From NCBI GenBank assembly GCA_002633005.1, contig NMRA01000351.1, positions 235,258 to 299,257 of the forward strand: a stretch of 64,000 nucleotides of DNA, in the 5' to 3' direction. The stretch's first letter is position 1, and each line of letters begins with the position of its first letter. This DNA comes from Phoronis australis. Taxonomy: Eukaryota; Animalia; Phoronida. Below the pieces are notes generated by a model. The model saw nothing but the letters and a program-made list of their open reading frames with translations, was not told where the DNA came from and searched no databases. The position numbers were made by a program, and so were the translations under genes. Of this stretch, positions 14,050 to 26,887 are shown in pieces.

Positions 14050-16298
14050 GTAAGTTTTTACCTTAGATCACTTATATGTTATACGACGGAGCTTTGTTGC
14101 GGACAAAATCACAGAATCAGAATAGTGAAGATCATTTATTTCACAATTGTCGCTCCACGTTCCATAAGCTTGCAATCATTTACACGTAGCAAGGCTACCT
14201 TGTAGGGAAAAACGGACCGAACACAGTGGGATTACTCCGTGTTAAATTTTGCTATATATGGCTCGTGCATAAACTCGTTGATTAAAGTCATTGATTCGAA
14301 ACGGATAAAAAGATAATGAAACTTAGGCATTTTCTCAGGGAAGACATTCATGCAACCCCGCTGACCCTTAGCTCTACATGTTGATGAAAGTTTCACGGCG
14401 AGGTGACGAGCAGAACTAATCGCCCTGTGTGCAATTTTGAGGTGTGTCGAAGCTGATCACACAGTGGTGCTTAGCTGGTTTTTGACGATAGTCTTGTCAC
14501 TGCTAGCTGGCTGGCTACTGTGAGACAAAAGCATGTTTGAACTCGCAAGCAGAATTACAATTGCCCGGTCCCCCCCCTTGCCCTCTAAAGGGGGTTTTGA
14601 TACTCGGAAATTAATCAACGCCTGATCACCAATAGACGGCAAATCTTTACTTTGTACCGGGTCTAGTACACTAACCTCGTTTTGTTTGTATGACATACAT
14701 GTACATGTATAGCAACGAAACACTGGGGATCAGTATGCAACAGTATTTATGCCTTGTTACGTTTTTATCAAGCACGTGATATCATTTCTGAGGTATCTGA
14801 AAAACCGTGTCACGACCTCCTTGATGGCGATGCGTAAATGCGACTTTTCTGTTCGCCAAGTCTCTATTAAACGCTAGCCCATCTTATATCGATAAGTATG
14901 AAATTACTCTCACAGAGAGAGCTAAGATTGACGTCGTTGGCTGTGGTGCCTATTTTGTTGAGACAGTTCACTTTTTACGATTATCTCCCCAACTTTGAGT
15001 TGTCACGATGCTTCCAAGCTATGGTAACGGTAGGCTTTTATGACTGTTCGACATATCGTGTTTGAGCACCGTAACTATATACAACTAGTCCGTAATGAAA
15101 ACGTGTGCAAGGTCCGTTAGCAAACTGAATGTCTCTTTCAAATTACAACATAAAATTAATCTACTCAAAATGTGTTGGTGATAATGTTGTTTTTACAAGG
15201 CAGAAGACAGGGTCACTGGCAGACCTACCTTTTCAGTAAGGGGGTTTAGGATTCGTAGCGCCGAGAGGGTAGAGGTTCCGTGCAAGAATTTTTTGGTTTC
15301 TGTAGATGATTTCGTTTTCCTGGTTGTTGTTAAACTCCCTGAACCCCCCACCTCACCCCGGTAGATCCGCCTCTGAAGGTGGTCTGCTACCTCGTTCAAT
15401 TAGTGCAAACAGCTATTTCAGCCAAGAAAACATTGAGTCACGTTCAAATTGTTAATTGGACTTTCCTACAAAAAAGTGACTAACTAAGTGCTTTCCATAA
15501 CTGCCGATTAAAAGCTCATAGTTTGTGTCAGTGATAGAAAAACAAAGCGAGAATATCTACCTATGTGTCGCCGTATTTGTCTCTGGCGAACGCCACGTCT
15601 CTTTTGCAAAACCCAGGGCTACTCCAACTAAAACTACTGGATACTCTTCTCAAAGTGGTAATCAAGGATTTTTTAGTAGAAGGCTTAGCGGCCTGTTTCC
15701 CCGATAGCTGTTTCTCTAAACACACAAATTGTAGATTGGGCGAAGAAAACGGGATTGCTTGTCGACTCACGTTTAAACTTCTAAGGCGCTTATTTAACAA
15801 AAAGTGCAATCGTTCTACTTGCATCGTTGACCATTGTATGCGAGCGTTTCTATGACTTTGTGATTGAAACTTCGAAAAAACATAGACACTTCATACGGAT
15901 ACGTTGACATGTTGTCTTTGGCTTAAGTTTTTCTATGGTCACAGGAAGACGTGGCGAAGAAATGTCAAAGGAGTTAATTGAAAGTCTTCAAGGTGTGCCG
16001 ACAGTGCTTACGCACTACAACTAAAATCCGGAATCTGCATCACTTAAACATGCGCGCCAATTAATGGTTAATGGCGGCCTTAAAAAAATCCTGGGATACT
16101 GGTTTGGGTTACGTGACATTTGGCGTGTAACGATTAGGCGAACTTTCGCAGGCTATTTGAAATACTTCGTTTCAATGAATCCGTCACTTCTTTACAAGTG
16201 GTTGTCATTACAGTTCATCAAGTCAATTAAACCAACCATCTCATTTCAGTATAACGTGTGCCTAGCTGCTGCTTATAACCAGTTACCTCTTATTTCAG

Positions 16299-16729
16299 GC
16301 GTTGTTCCCGAAGATTGCACTATTCAGCTCGTTTGTGGACAGAACGCATCTGACGCTATAGCTGCTATCCACAATAGCACGTTGCAAATGTGTCAACACT
16401 ATTTTAACATGGGATGTTCCTGTAAGCCACCGTCTTATCTCGTCGGTGACAACGAGACTCAGATATGTGTTAAGGAGGATCCGTCGTGCATGTCAACTAC
16501 TACACCCATGTTGACATCCACCTCCATTTGTCCCGAGCCATTTGTGTACACAGACTGCATTTGCGAAAAGACATGCAATAACGTAAAATACGGCGACACC
16601 ATATGTCCGCAGCAGGGCTCTAGTGAATGCGAAGCCGGCTGTCAGTGCCCACCCGACATGGTGAAACAAAACGGAACCTGCATCAAAAAAGAGGCCTGCC
16701 CCTGCTACTACGGTGGCAAGTGGTATGCT
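16299..16729 (+). CDS. Mucin-like gene exon: fifth Cys module, TIL domain (CPEPFVYTDC...CEAGCQCPPDMVKQNGTCIKKEAC) and start of a VWC/E module (PCYYGGKWYA)
   Basis: tatttcag acceptor (T+GC=Cys) and gtaagt donor. The Cys spacing is typical of the TIL+E domains of vWF/mucins. Confidence 0.92.
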
Positions 16730-17204
16730 GTAAGTATTTTGCACATTTTTCATTTATGAAATTACCGTTTCGTGCGTAATCACGTTGAATCGGTCAGTTC
16801 TAGTCAACATTGTACATTAAGGCACATTACACAGACTTGGTCGAGCATGGGCAGTGGTCTCAATTCTCCCACAAGACGCGCATGCATTTTACTAAAGTCA
16901 TATAATTTAAAAGGAATGTGGTGTGCACTTTATGCCTTTGGTTGTTTCTGGATGCAAACATTTTCCTTCCACTGCGATTGCGGCCATATTAAAAATTAAC
17001 GTTGACATTTTGTTGAGATATGGAACGCGCTCCGTAGACGGAAGACACTCTAAAGTAAAGCTAGTGATGTCACGCGCTTTTTGTGATGCAGGTCGATGTA
17101 TCTCGAAGACTCACATGGTCTCACTTTTCGTAGTATAGTATGTATCTACAGAATTTCAAAACATCTGTTATAGCTCGAGCAATGCAGCGCACAGAGACCT
17201 TTAA

Positions 17205-18788
17205 AGGAGAATGCCACCCAAAAAACAACCCATTTTGTATCAATTTAGATCGAGTAGTTCTACTCGATAACGGCAGGAGCGGTTACGTTACCTGACACCT
17301 GACGGCAGACGGAGGTGTTGAAATTATCCAATGACGTAATTGGTGTCACACTCAGTCTGTTCAACAGTACACAACACGGGTTGGTGGTGTCAGTTTATCG
17401 CTTGAATTCATCGTTTAACACCAATAAATCATCAAACTTCGATTTAAAACCCTTAAAAATACACCGCGTTCTTATAAAAACGAGTTTGGGGTCTGTTCGG
17501 AGATAAATTCGAAGTATTCTTCCGTGGAATACAAACAGGAGAACCTAGAGTTGTGTTGTTTATATTTGTGATTTTTTAGTTCAAAGCACACAAAACGCTT
17601 GTTATCCCGGCCAGTGGCTCGGAAACCGATCAGGCCCGTCGCGGCCGCCGGAATGGCACGAACATAAACCAGCTTGAGTTTGAAACTAAACCTCCAATCA
17701 CGAAAAGACTATGATACTGAGCCAAAGAAATAATGTGCACGTAATTATTTATGTGAATTAGCCACGAAACTGAAAATCTCTTGTCAGGGTCGCCTGTCGG
17801 GTTTCCCCTCCACAGACCAGGCAAAGGTTGTAAAGTAACAATGATTTGCATAATGTATTTGTATTTCTAAATAAAGATTCCCCTAACATATGAAACATGT
17901 AATAGTATACAAAATCGAGTTATTGTTTCACAACAGCTTTCTGTCAGCAAACACTGAATTAGCATACGCTCACTCGGCATTAGTGCCCGGTGAATTACCT
18001 TTTTTGCCCGCCGGCATCAAAAGCCGGTAATGCAGTGGTTTATTCATTGCTGGCTTCTCAAAACATTCGTCAGCACTCACGAGCACTACAAGGCATTACA
18101 AATTGTATCTAATGAGACAGACTTTTTTCAGTTTCATACAAGCATTGGTTAGGATCATTTTAGGATGAGAATAATTCATTTTGAAACAGAACGCGGAATA
18201 ATAAACGTCTACCTGGCAACTCGCCCGGCGCCAATCCCGCCAGTTAGTCAAGAGCTCATCCGACGAAGACTTCACGGGTAGGATCGTTAGGTTTCACAGG
18301 CTATCAGTTCTGACCGGAATACACTGATCAAGAAATACTAGAGAGGCGCCGTGAACATGCCGCTAGGCAACGGAACTTATGGATAGTTCTTTGGTAAGCC
18401 GGAATTCGTCAGAGAAATCACTGTCGACGAAATGCCGGCCGCAGACACGGAGATGTTTCACGGCCTCATACTTGCTATTAACAGCATGCCTTTCATTCTT
18501 CACTACCGCGAGCCACTTCCTAAGCATTTCGGGCTCTCGATTAAGTCGAAATACGATATACCCACTTTCTTCGCAGCTTCATAGTTCGGACAAGCGGGAA
18601 CCGATGCACTGCAATACAGCGGCATTTTCTCTGCAAACGAACCACTGACGTCGCTGCTTCGCTTCTCACCTTCCTCACAGGTTAACGCGATACCTCTCGG
18701 AAGGTGAGGTCGACCGTATATAAGGCGCTGTGGATATAGACCGATTAAGACGGTAAAAAAGACTAATTAAAACGGGTGGCATTCTCCT
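17205..18788 (-). mobile_element. Non-autonomous Kolobok-like DNA transposon copy B
   Basis: Perfect 15-bp TIR AGGAGAATGCCACCC and TTAA TSDs (17201-04, 18789-92). Minus-strand THAP remnant MLRKWLAVVKNERHAVNSKYEAVKHLRVCGRHFVDSDF. Plus-strand GFTGYQF*PEYTDQEILERR remnant. Confidence 0.85.
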
Positions 18789-19195
18789 TTAAGTAGTGTT
18801 TTCTGACGTTTTGTGAAGTTAAGATAACTAAATTCTTCTCTTAACATGTTACTGACGCTGCAGTTGTGATTCTCTTGTAGGACTTATTCAAAAGCATATT
18901 TGAACCTATCCGAGCGTTGTACACAATTATTTGAGACAGTCGTACTAGTTTTCAACATATTGCCATGATGGTTTGCAAAGGCGCTGAAACAGACCACATG
19001 GAACAAACTTGTGACTTAAAAACAACAAAAATTGTAACGTAAACGTCTTATAAAGGGTCACTAAATTAAATAAGACACACATACATGTTCGATGTTTGGG
19101 GACCTCTACACAGACTGGGGTAAGGGAGGAGAGTTTTGCGCAAGTGTTTTCGCGTCTAGATATTGTTTGTCAAGTATTAAGGCTATGTAGAACCA

Positions 19196-19470
19196 TGCAG
19201 CAACAATTCATCACTAATATAGAGTTCAACTCAAGGACAGTTTTGCAACAATTCATCACTAATATAGAGTTCAACTCAAGGACAGTATTGCAATAATTCA
19301 TCACTAACATAGAGTTCAACTCAAGGACAGTATTGCAACAATTCATCACTAATATGTAGAGTTCAACTCAACGACAGTATTACAACAATTCATCACTAAT
19401 ATAGAGTTCAACTCAAGGACAGTAATGCAACAATTCATCACTAATATAGAGTTCAACTCAAGGACTGTAT
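19196..19470. repeat. Minisatellite, ~45-bp unit x ~6 (caacaattcatcactaatatagagttcaactcaaggacagtattg)
   Basis: Near-identical tandem copies are directly visible. Confidence 0.95.
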
Positions 19471-19578
19471 TTTCTGAGACCAAAAAGTTGAATTTTTTAG
19501 GTGACTTAGTAATAATCTGCCATAGATTGGGTCACGTGCCCATGTAGAAAAAATAACAAAAACGAAAGGTACATTCAC

Positions 19579-20457
19579 GGACTTTTCTGAAACCACCTCC
19601 GACTCCCTACCCTCGACCTGCTTGATACACGACACCCTCGACCCACAGCCCCCTCGACCCACAGCCCCCTCAAACTAAGATCCACAACCCCCTCGAGCCA
19701 CCACTTACAATACCCAAAGCCGAGTTCACCTCGTCATGTTATCGACTGACGTTCGGCTTCGCTGGGTCTGGCTGGTATGTAGAACACAGTGCGTATTTTT
19801 GCAATTAAGGAATTAAATCCGACAGGTTTCAAATCAAAAAAAAGAAAAAAAAATACAACGCGACTAAGTCAAATCAAATACCCACTGTACCAATGTTACA
19901 AATGTGCTATCCGGTAGAGTATAATCGTCTCGTCGGCTCTTCAGTGAAAGACAGATTCAGGATATTTTTGCGAGAGTAGGCCTACGAGGTACCCGCGAGT
20001 CCATAATTTCTTTAGTAGTAAGAGTTTTGAAAAACAAAATTGTTAAGTAAAAAACATCTCAAAGTTACATGGAGTATATTGTAAACAAGGATACGTCAGA
20101 AAGCAAATGAAAATGTGAAATTGTGTGTGTACATGTTAACGTACTGTCTATCTAGAACAGGGTCATTGGTAGTCTCTCGTGGAACAATTTCCGTGACAGA
20201 GATAGCACAATCCACAATTTCAGATCATGTTCTTACTCCTCTTAGCCTTGAGCCAGAGTAGATTCCTGTAGTAACATTTTATGGCAAAGTCACTCTGGAA
20301 CGTAATAAGATTATGAAACTTGTAAAAAGCCCAAAGACACCTCTTTTGCCGCAGGTCGTGGGTCGTGGGGGTTGTGGATCGAGGGGGGTCGTGGGTCATG
20401 GGTCGAGGGTCTCATGAGCCGAGTGGTGTGAGTGTCGAGGATGTGTTAGAATAATCT
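19579..20457. mobile_element. MITE-like element with subterminal CCCCTCGACCCAC / GTCGTGGGTCGAGG arrays (older copy)
   Basis: Colinear and clearly similar to 31094-31941; termini are degenerate. Confidence 0.7.
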
Positions 20458-20778
20458 TATATTTACAGCAAAACAACTGTGTCAATAAAATGGACCATAT
20501 TATGTTTGATGTAAATGTTCGGAATACATTCTAAAATGTGCTTGTAGAGTTCTCCATGTTTTCTTTTTTATGAGCATTATTTTTGGTCCGATGCTATACG
20601 TAATCAAATTTATACATTTACGTAGGGTCTGCCTCACCTTAAGGATATTCAATAAATTTACATTATTTTGAAACTGTTACGCCAAATTCATCGAGGACTT
20701 GCTGCTACAAATATGACATTTTGGAAAGTATCTCAGTCTTTTGTTACGTAATGCTACATCACATTCTTCGCGTTTCAG

Positions 20779-20875
20779 TATGGTGAAACAGTACTGGTTA
20801 GCGAAGAGCAATGTCTGTATGCTATTTGCACATCGTGCGGAATGGTTATGAAGGTCAACGAAACCGAATGCAAAC
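20779..20875 (+). CDS. Mucin-like gene exon (YGETVLVSEEQCLYAICTSCGMVMKVNETECK)
   Basis: cgtttcag acceptor and C|gtaagt donor, phase 0 to 1. It continues the WYA|YGET pattern of a VWC/E module. Confidence 0.85.
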
Positions 20876-21460
20876 GTAAGTAACAGAAAAAGTGTTACAG
20901 CAGAAAATCACCAGCTTGAGTCGAACGTGTGTAGCGCGAACGCATGCAGTTGCGTGGAAGAAAATTAGGTAGAATAGATACTGACATTGCGCTCTATGGG
21001 GACACCGTGATAAAATGTAGATTTCCCATAAAGAAGCTTTCGCATACACCTAACTATTCTCATGTACAGTAGGAACTTAACAACAATGCTATTTGCATAT
21101 CTTTTACGCTAAACAAAGTGCAGCTGTATTCATTGATAACTTGTAAATGTGAAAACAAAAAAGCCTGCAGTTAGGTGACCTTTGCACTTGTGGCGTACTT
21201 AGGGGGATCACATATCCTGGATCGTGCAGCGTTTTTCTCCAAAACTACGTCACGATACTTACTGGAGACGGTTGAGTGATTTACGGCGGATCATTCTCGA
21301 CATAAAACTAGTTCTTCAAAACATTTGGCAGTTTTTAACGTACTTCATATGGTGTGTTGCCATCTAATTTGACCAGGTATGCAGAGAGACAAGGAATTAG
21401 CGTGCAAGTCACAAATATTATGTAATTGGAAAAAAAACATCCAATGATAACAAAATTTTG

Positions 21461-21544
21461 TCACCCGCACGGGGTCACCCGCACGGGGTCACCCGCACGG
21501 GGTCATCCGCACGGGGTCACCCGCACGGGGTCACCCGCACGGGG
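21461..21544. repeat. Tandem repeat, 14-bp unit tcacccgcacgggg x6
   Basis: Directly visible. Confidence 0.95.
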
Positions 21545-22202
21545 TTATTCGAAAACATAACTTTGCCTTCATCCATCAAATGTCGGCTTCGCCGGACAGT
21601 CAGTGGCGAGATAATAGGTGATTATTAATAATCTGCAACTGTAATGGCTTTAGGGCTTTCATTGAAATTACTGAAAAACGTGTTTTTGTAGTAAATGGTC
21701 ACTAACAATATAAATATTGACCCTGGTATGGACGACAATACAGTATTGTTATTTTACATTGCGCTCCAAACTGAATTGCGAGATTCTCAAGAAGAAAATG
21801 TTTTTGTGACCACCCTGAGTATGTTGGGAATGAAATGGTTCCAAAATTTTGATTACATACCGGAAAACTTTATAAATACATTTGTTTTAACAACCAGGCT
21901 TTAATCTCCCGTCCAAGTACAAGGAGACCAACGTGAATTGAACGGTTTACTCTGCTTATTTCAAAATACAAGATTTTGAACAAAACCGTGGACGCTTATA
22001 TTGAAGCGATCATATATGACGCAATTTTATCATGCTCATTCACCGTGGTTCGCTTTTTGTTACAAAACACTAGCGTACACATGTAGCCAGGCGGGGGACT
22101 TAAATGCACGTGACATTGTTGCCGACCGGGGTGGGTGCTTGAAATGAGTGGCCACCCGGGAACTCTTTGACATGAAGTACGGGCCAAACTCAAACTTGAA
22201 AT

Positions 22203-22609
22203 GATCAAAAAGCGGACAATCGCTGCACAAATGAAAAGTTTATATTGAGTCGACGTTTCGTCTATTCCTTAGACATCATCAGGTTATTAACAATTAGACA
22301 TCAAGTGTCGACATACCAGTTGGGTTACATCCATGTAGTGAAGTGAGTGTAGCAAGAAATACGTGTACATGGAATTATAGTAAATAGGTTATCGCCATAC
22401 ACTGTAGCTCTAGGGTCACTGAGCTCTGCACGTTATTCATAGAACCAGAAGCATGCTGGTCCTGAATGGCCCATGACTCTGTAATGTACAGTAATTCCTT
22501 TATAGGTTCTTTACAGATAATACTGACTGAATCGGCTTGATATTTGTTGCTAACATCGTTGCTTTTATCTGATTTTTTTATTTGTACGGCGATTGTCCGT
22601 TTTTTTATC
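22203..22609 (-). mobile_element. Short element with ~36-bp imperfect inverted ends containing a hammerhead-like motif (Penelope-like relic)
   Basis: gatcaaaaagcggacaatcgctgcacaaat versus tttgtacggcgattgtccgtttttttatc. The minus strand has CTGATGA-t-GTCT..AGAC-GAAA-CGTC at ~22248-22283. Confidence 0.5.
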
Positions 22610-22849
22610 CTTCTGTGGCCAAAAAACTGATATAATTAAAATTGAAATGGTTTAGATAATAGGAGCATTTTGACAACGAATAAGGAGGCCCATGGCATGG
22701 GTGTCCCAATCCCGTGGAGTCCCTTTAGAGCCAACTGGAAGACATCGAGCACTTAATTACATATACAGGTTAATTCTATAGGAAACGTTTGTAAATATAC
22801 AACATTATAAATCTTCTCTCATAAAAGTTAAACCTAAATGCAAATTTTA

Positions 22850-24840
22850 ATGTATTTCCCGTAAATGGCTTCGGCCCACGTTACAAATATATAATATATA
22901 GAGAATAATAAACAGAGAGTACACGATACATAAACCAATTTACTAATTTACATCAAGAAACTCATTTCGACGTTTCTCAGCATTAATTAAATGTTGAGCA
23001 TTTTTTATTTTAATCATGGGCCTGAGGGAGTTATGTTACTACTGTTTAATCCACCCTATCGAATCTAGGTAAAAGCTGTATGCGCAAATCAGAATATAAT
23101 TTACATTCAAGAAAAATTTGTATCTCTGATTCTTTCTTTCCACTATTGCAGCAGGGATATGTTCTGTCCTCTCTATCAAGCCCAATAAATCTTCCCTTAA
23201 CTATCGTTAAAGAATGAGCCGAACATCTAAATCTTGTGAGGACTGCTGAAAATGAACTGTTTTATAAGCATATTATATTTTTCAATAACAAAACATTTTT
23301 ATAATTTTATTAATATATAAAAATTGGGAAGACATATTGTTGCACCAATCCTAGATATCAAGGCCACACCATCGCTGCAGACATTCACATATAAATGAGA
23401 CAGCATCGCCTACGCATTGTTGCGTCTAAACAATCCCAAGTCCACACATGTACGTAAACAACAGACGTTTAGAGCCCAGCAACACTTATTTACGGTTCAG
23501 CCTATTCATATTGCTCATTATACCATACGCTAACATAGCGATGGCTTGGCATTTTGACGATCTTTAACCGGTATTTGACGTTTCTCACACCTCTCACTGC
23601 AACGTTTGAAGCATGTATGTCCCATTCGCAATAAAAAACGTTCAAAATAGAGTGTGCACTATTCCAATGTCTTGTACAGGATGAAATCCCCAAATCTCAG
23701 GACCATGGAGCATAATCGGTAATACTTTTGCATTAAACAATTTTAACCACACTTGCACAGGATCGTCAGAGTATTTTGTCCCGTGTTTTGCTGCTTTATC
23801 AGCTAATGTTTTCTGCGCATTTGTAAACACAGCCTTTGGGGTAAATTTGATTCCTTAATAGTTATACTCTGAAGTCGTTGGCACAATTTCCCAAAATAAT
23901 TTACACTTTTCATGGTTTCTTAAGTTTCCCCCTTTACGAAAGACTATATTTTTGTTTTTGGCATATTCACATGAAGCTTCCATTTATTACAAAATTCTTC
24001 TAATTTTGAAATTTATCTTTGCATAGCAATAGCGGTTTCGGCAACGAGAACCAAGTCATCGGCAAACAACAGGAAATATAAGACCAATATTTACACTCGA
24101 GCCTTGTTCACTTTCTAAATTTCTTTCCATATCACTTACAAACAAGGAGAACAGAAAGGGAAACAACTGACACCCTTGTCTTACACCCGTCGTGCACTGG
24201 AAGAAATAGGTTACATAGCCTTCCCCATTCAGCAAGACGCAAGACTTCACATTTTCATACACGCTTTTAATATTTTTTACATTTACATTTTAGCATATAT
24301 GCCAAAACTTGACATTCTGTACCGTCTCGCCAGACTCACTCAATAGAATCGGGCCTCTAAGATCAATAGATATTTGTTAATAAGAGTATCCAGACTAAAC
24401 ATGTTATCTCAGTGGAGTACCCCTTCCTGAAGCCAGCTTGAGCCTCACACAGAGTATAGTTTCCATCTTCCCAAGAATGGAGAAAACATCCGGGCGAAAA
24501 CATTGCCTGCCAGTCATAACAACGTGATCCCTCTCGTCATCTGGCTCATTCTTATTTTCAGATTTGAACACAGGGATTATACTACCTGAATTCCATTGAG
24601 TCCGGTAGTTCACTATACCAAATTTTTTTATTATACAGACAATCAAGCAATTCTTTAAATGTGGGTGTTGCGAACTTGAAAAACACATAATATCATCATC
24701 CTCTGCAGCTTCACCCAATTTCATATCAATTATCGATTAATCTTCTTCATCAACAGTTATAATGCAATCAAACGCTAACTGATCCCCCTTATTATGTAAC
24801 GTTTCTTCCGACTTATAGCAAATGTATATATTTTTCGACA
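22850..24840 (-). mobile_element. Decayed non-LTR retrotransposon (RT plus C-terminal Cys motif; tentatively RTE-X-like)
   Basis: GVRQGCQLFPFLFSLF, LFADDLVL, LFNAKVLPIMLHGPEIWG and LTRFRCSAHSLTIVKGR...CN...FLECKLYSDLR appear in broken frames. Confidence 0.8.
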
Positions 24841-26140
24841 TAACTAAAAAGGTGGGTTGGTGTCACATTTTCGAGTTGCTTTCAAGCCTGACCTGTGTAG
24901 ATTCAGTGATCTTTAAGTGTAACTAGTACTACCTGATTGACTTTTTAAGGTCCGTGCGAGCCGCCTTTCGAGTGGAACTCGTGTACGTGTAACAACACGT
25001 GCGAAGACGATATTTACAGTTGTAGCCCGACCACCTGCAAACCAGGCTGCTCTTGCCCACACGGTTTTGTGAGGAATGGCACTGAATGCGTACAAGAGCT
25101 GTGTACGTATACGTTTATTAGTTAGCCGTCAGTTGGCCAGGTTGTGCATCAAAGCATCATGGCGAACATTCGCTATTCTTAGTCACTTGGAATGTACAAT
25201 CACTGTTTCAGTTTCAGCACATTTGCAAATCGTCGATAAACTAACCCTAAAAGTAACAAGAGCTCTGTTTAAGAGATGCAAAGTACCAGTGTGCAGTGAA
25301 AGTCATTAATTGTTTTAAGAAATACATGCAAGAAGGCCGTGTTTGGGCTATCGCTTGTATGCCCATCATTCTTTCGGTCTGCCAGCTGACACTTGTCATC
25401 CGAAACGGTGTGGATAGATTTGGAAACCTTCCGGAAATGGTTGGCAAATTAATAGACGATTATATTACGAGAAAAACATGTTTCTACTACCATGCATCGG
25501 TTGCTTTTTAATACCAAAAATCGATTGCAAGCTGTGCGTTACCACTCTCAGTGTCTGCACGCCCTAAAGCGAAAGTTGAACATTTTAGCATTTGAAAACA
25601 CCTTTTGTACAATAGCGTGGTTAGGAGGCAACCGTGAGGCCTTGATGCATATTTGCATATACTGCTCTTTTATGGTTTGTACGTTATTTAAAACAAAATG
25701 TGACATCAGAATCTTGTGGCATGAAAACGCTTGCACAATTCAATATTCTGGTGACAAAGTGGTAACAGTGGCTAGCGAGTAAGAAGAGCGAGTGCTCGAA
25801 TTACGATCAGATCTGCATTATTTTACAAAGAGTATGAAATGGAATTGAAATCCGTAATTGTATCCCTATGTGATGGGTACACTGAGAATCGCTACACTTT
25901 TTGTTATGGTGCTGGAAGATAACCATGTTTGTAGTGCACTCACTACGAAAGCCCCTGTTTGTTAATATTATGTATGATTACGAAAACAAAATTAGCTTGG
26001 TTGTAGTTTTTGCGAAACTGTGCCTCTGTCGCAATACAAAATGTTATTATTCAACGAAAATTTCGTTCTGTTAGGTAACAATGCGATATTTTGTTTACGG
26101 TACAACACTGAGTGAGTTGCTAGATATTGTTTAATTTTAG

Positions 26141-26274
26141 TTTGCAGACACTGTATACACAACGGCACCAGGTATAACCACGGCCAAGAGTGGATGGTCT
26201 CGGAGTGCGAGAAGTGCAAATGTACCAATTATCACGTGACCTGTGGAGAAGTCTGTACAAAGCAATGCGCCGAG
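26141..26274 (+). CDS. Mucin-like gene exon, VWC-like (LCRHCIHNGTRYNHGQEWMVSECEKCKCTNYHVTCGEVCTKQCAE)
   Basis: ttttag acceptor and GAG|gtatat donor. Classic CxxNGxxYxxGxxWxxxxCxxCxC VWC signature; phase 1 to 0. Confidence 0.88.
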
Positions 26275-26351
26275 GTATATCATGCAAAAGCGGTGGAAAT
26301 CATTTCATTTCATTTCAATTAAAACAAAGCAAGTGAATGTCGTTTAGAACA

Positions 26352-26460
26352 TTTGTCTGCTTTACATGTGTACTGCAGTTTGTCTGCTTTACTTTTCACT
26401 GCAGTTTGTCTGCTTTACATGTACACTGAAGTTTGTCTGCTTTACATGTACACTGCAGTT
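26352..26460. repeat. Tandem repeat, ~27-bp unit gtttgtctgctttacatgtacactgca x4
   Basis: Directly visible. Confidence 0.85.
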
Positions 26461-26785
26461 TAAATCATGAATAACCGTGAAGTATTTAAGAAAATTTGAA
26501 TGAAGCGGTGTGTGTACCCAAAATATCACCAGTTCCTATCACAGCCATGCATCCACAGAAGAAGATTTTCTGTGATCTTCCAAACTAAATTAAAACATTT
26601 GGCGACCGCCATTATGTGAAACGGGAAGTCCTAGGTGTTGGTCGCATTACCTAAACAGTTCTCACTTTAACTCTAGATGTCGCTCTTATAGTTTAATGAT
26701 GTCAGAGATTGCCCTCGGAGTTTGGTATAGACATCACTTACTCACAACAATTCCTTGGGTCTATTCTTTTGTTTTGTCTTTTCAG

Positions 26786-26887
26786 CATGAAAAGCTCGTG
26801 AATGATGCCTTTGACGACGGACGTTGCTGTCAGTGCGTCGATAAAAATGCTTGCGAATACCCTCCAGGATCTGGTAATTACTATGAT
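26786..26887 (+). CDS. Mucin-like gene exon (HEKLVNDAFDDGRCCQCVDKNACEYPPGSGNYYD)
   Basis: Long polypyrimidine tract plus cag, gtaagt donor, 34 codons, phase 0-0. Has a CCxC VWC end and the start of the next module. Confidence 0.88.

Noticed and set aside
19196-19470. Regular ~45-bp repeats resembling a CRISPR array
   Set aside because: Head-to-tail units with no unique spacers, no cas genes and a eukaryotic intronic context indicate a minisatellite.
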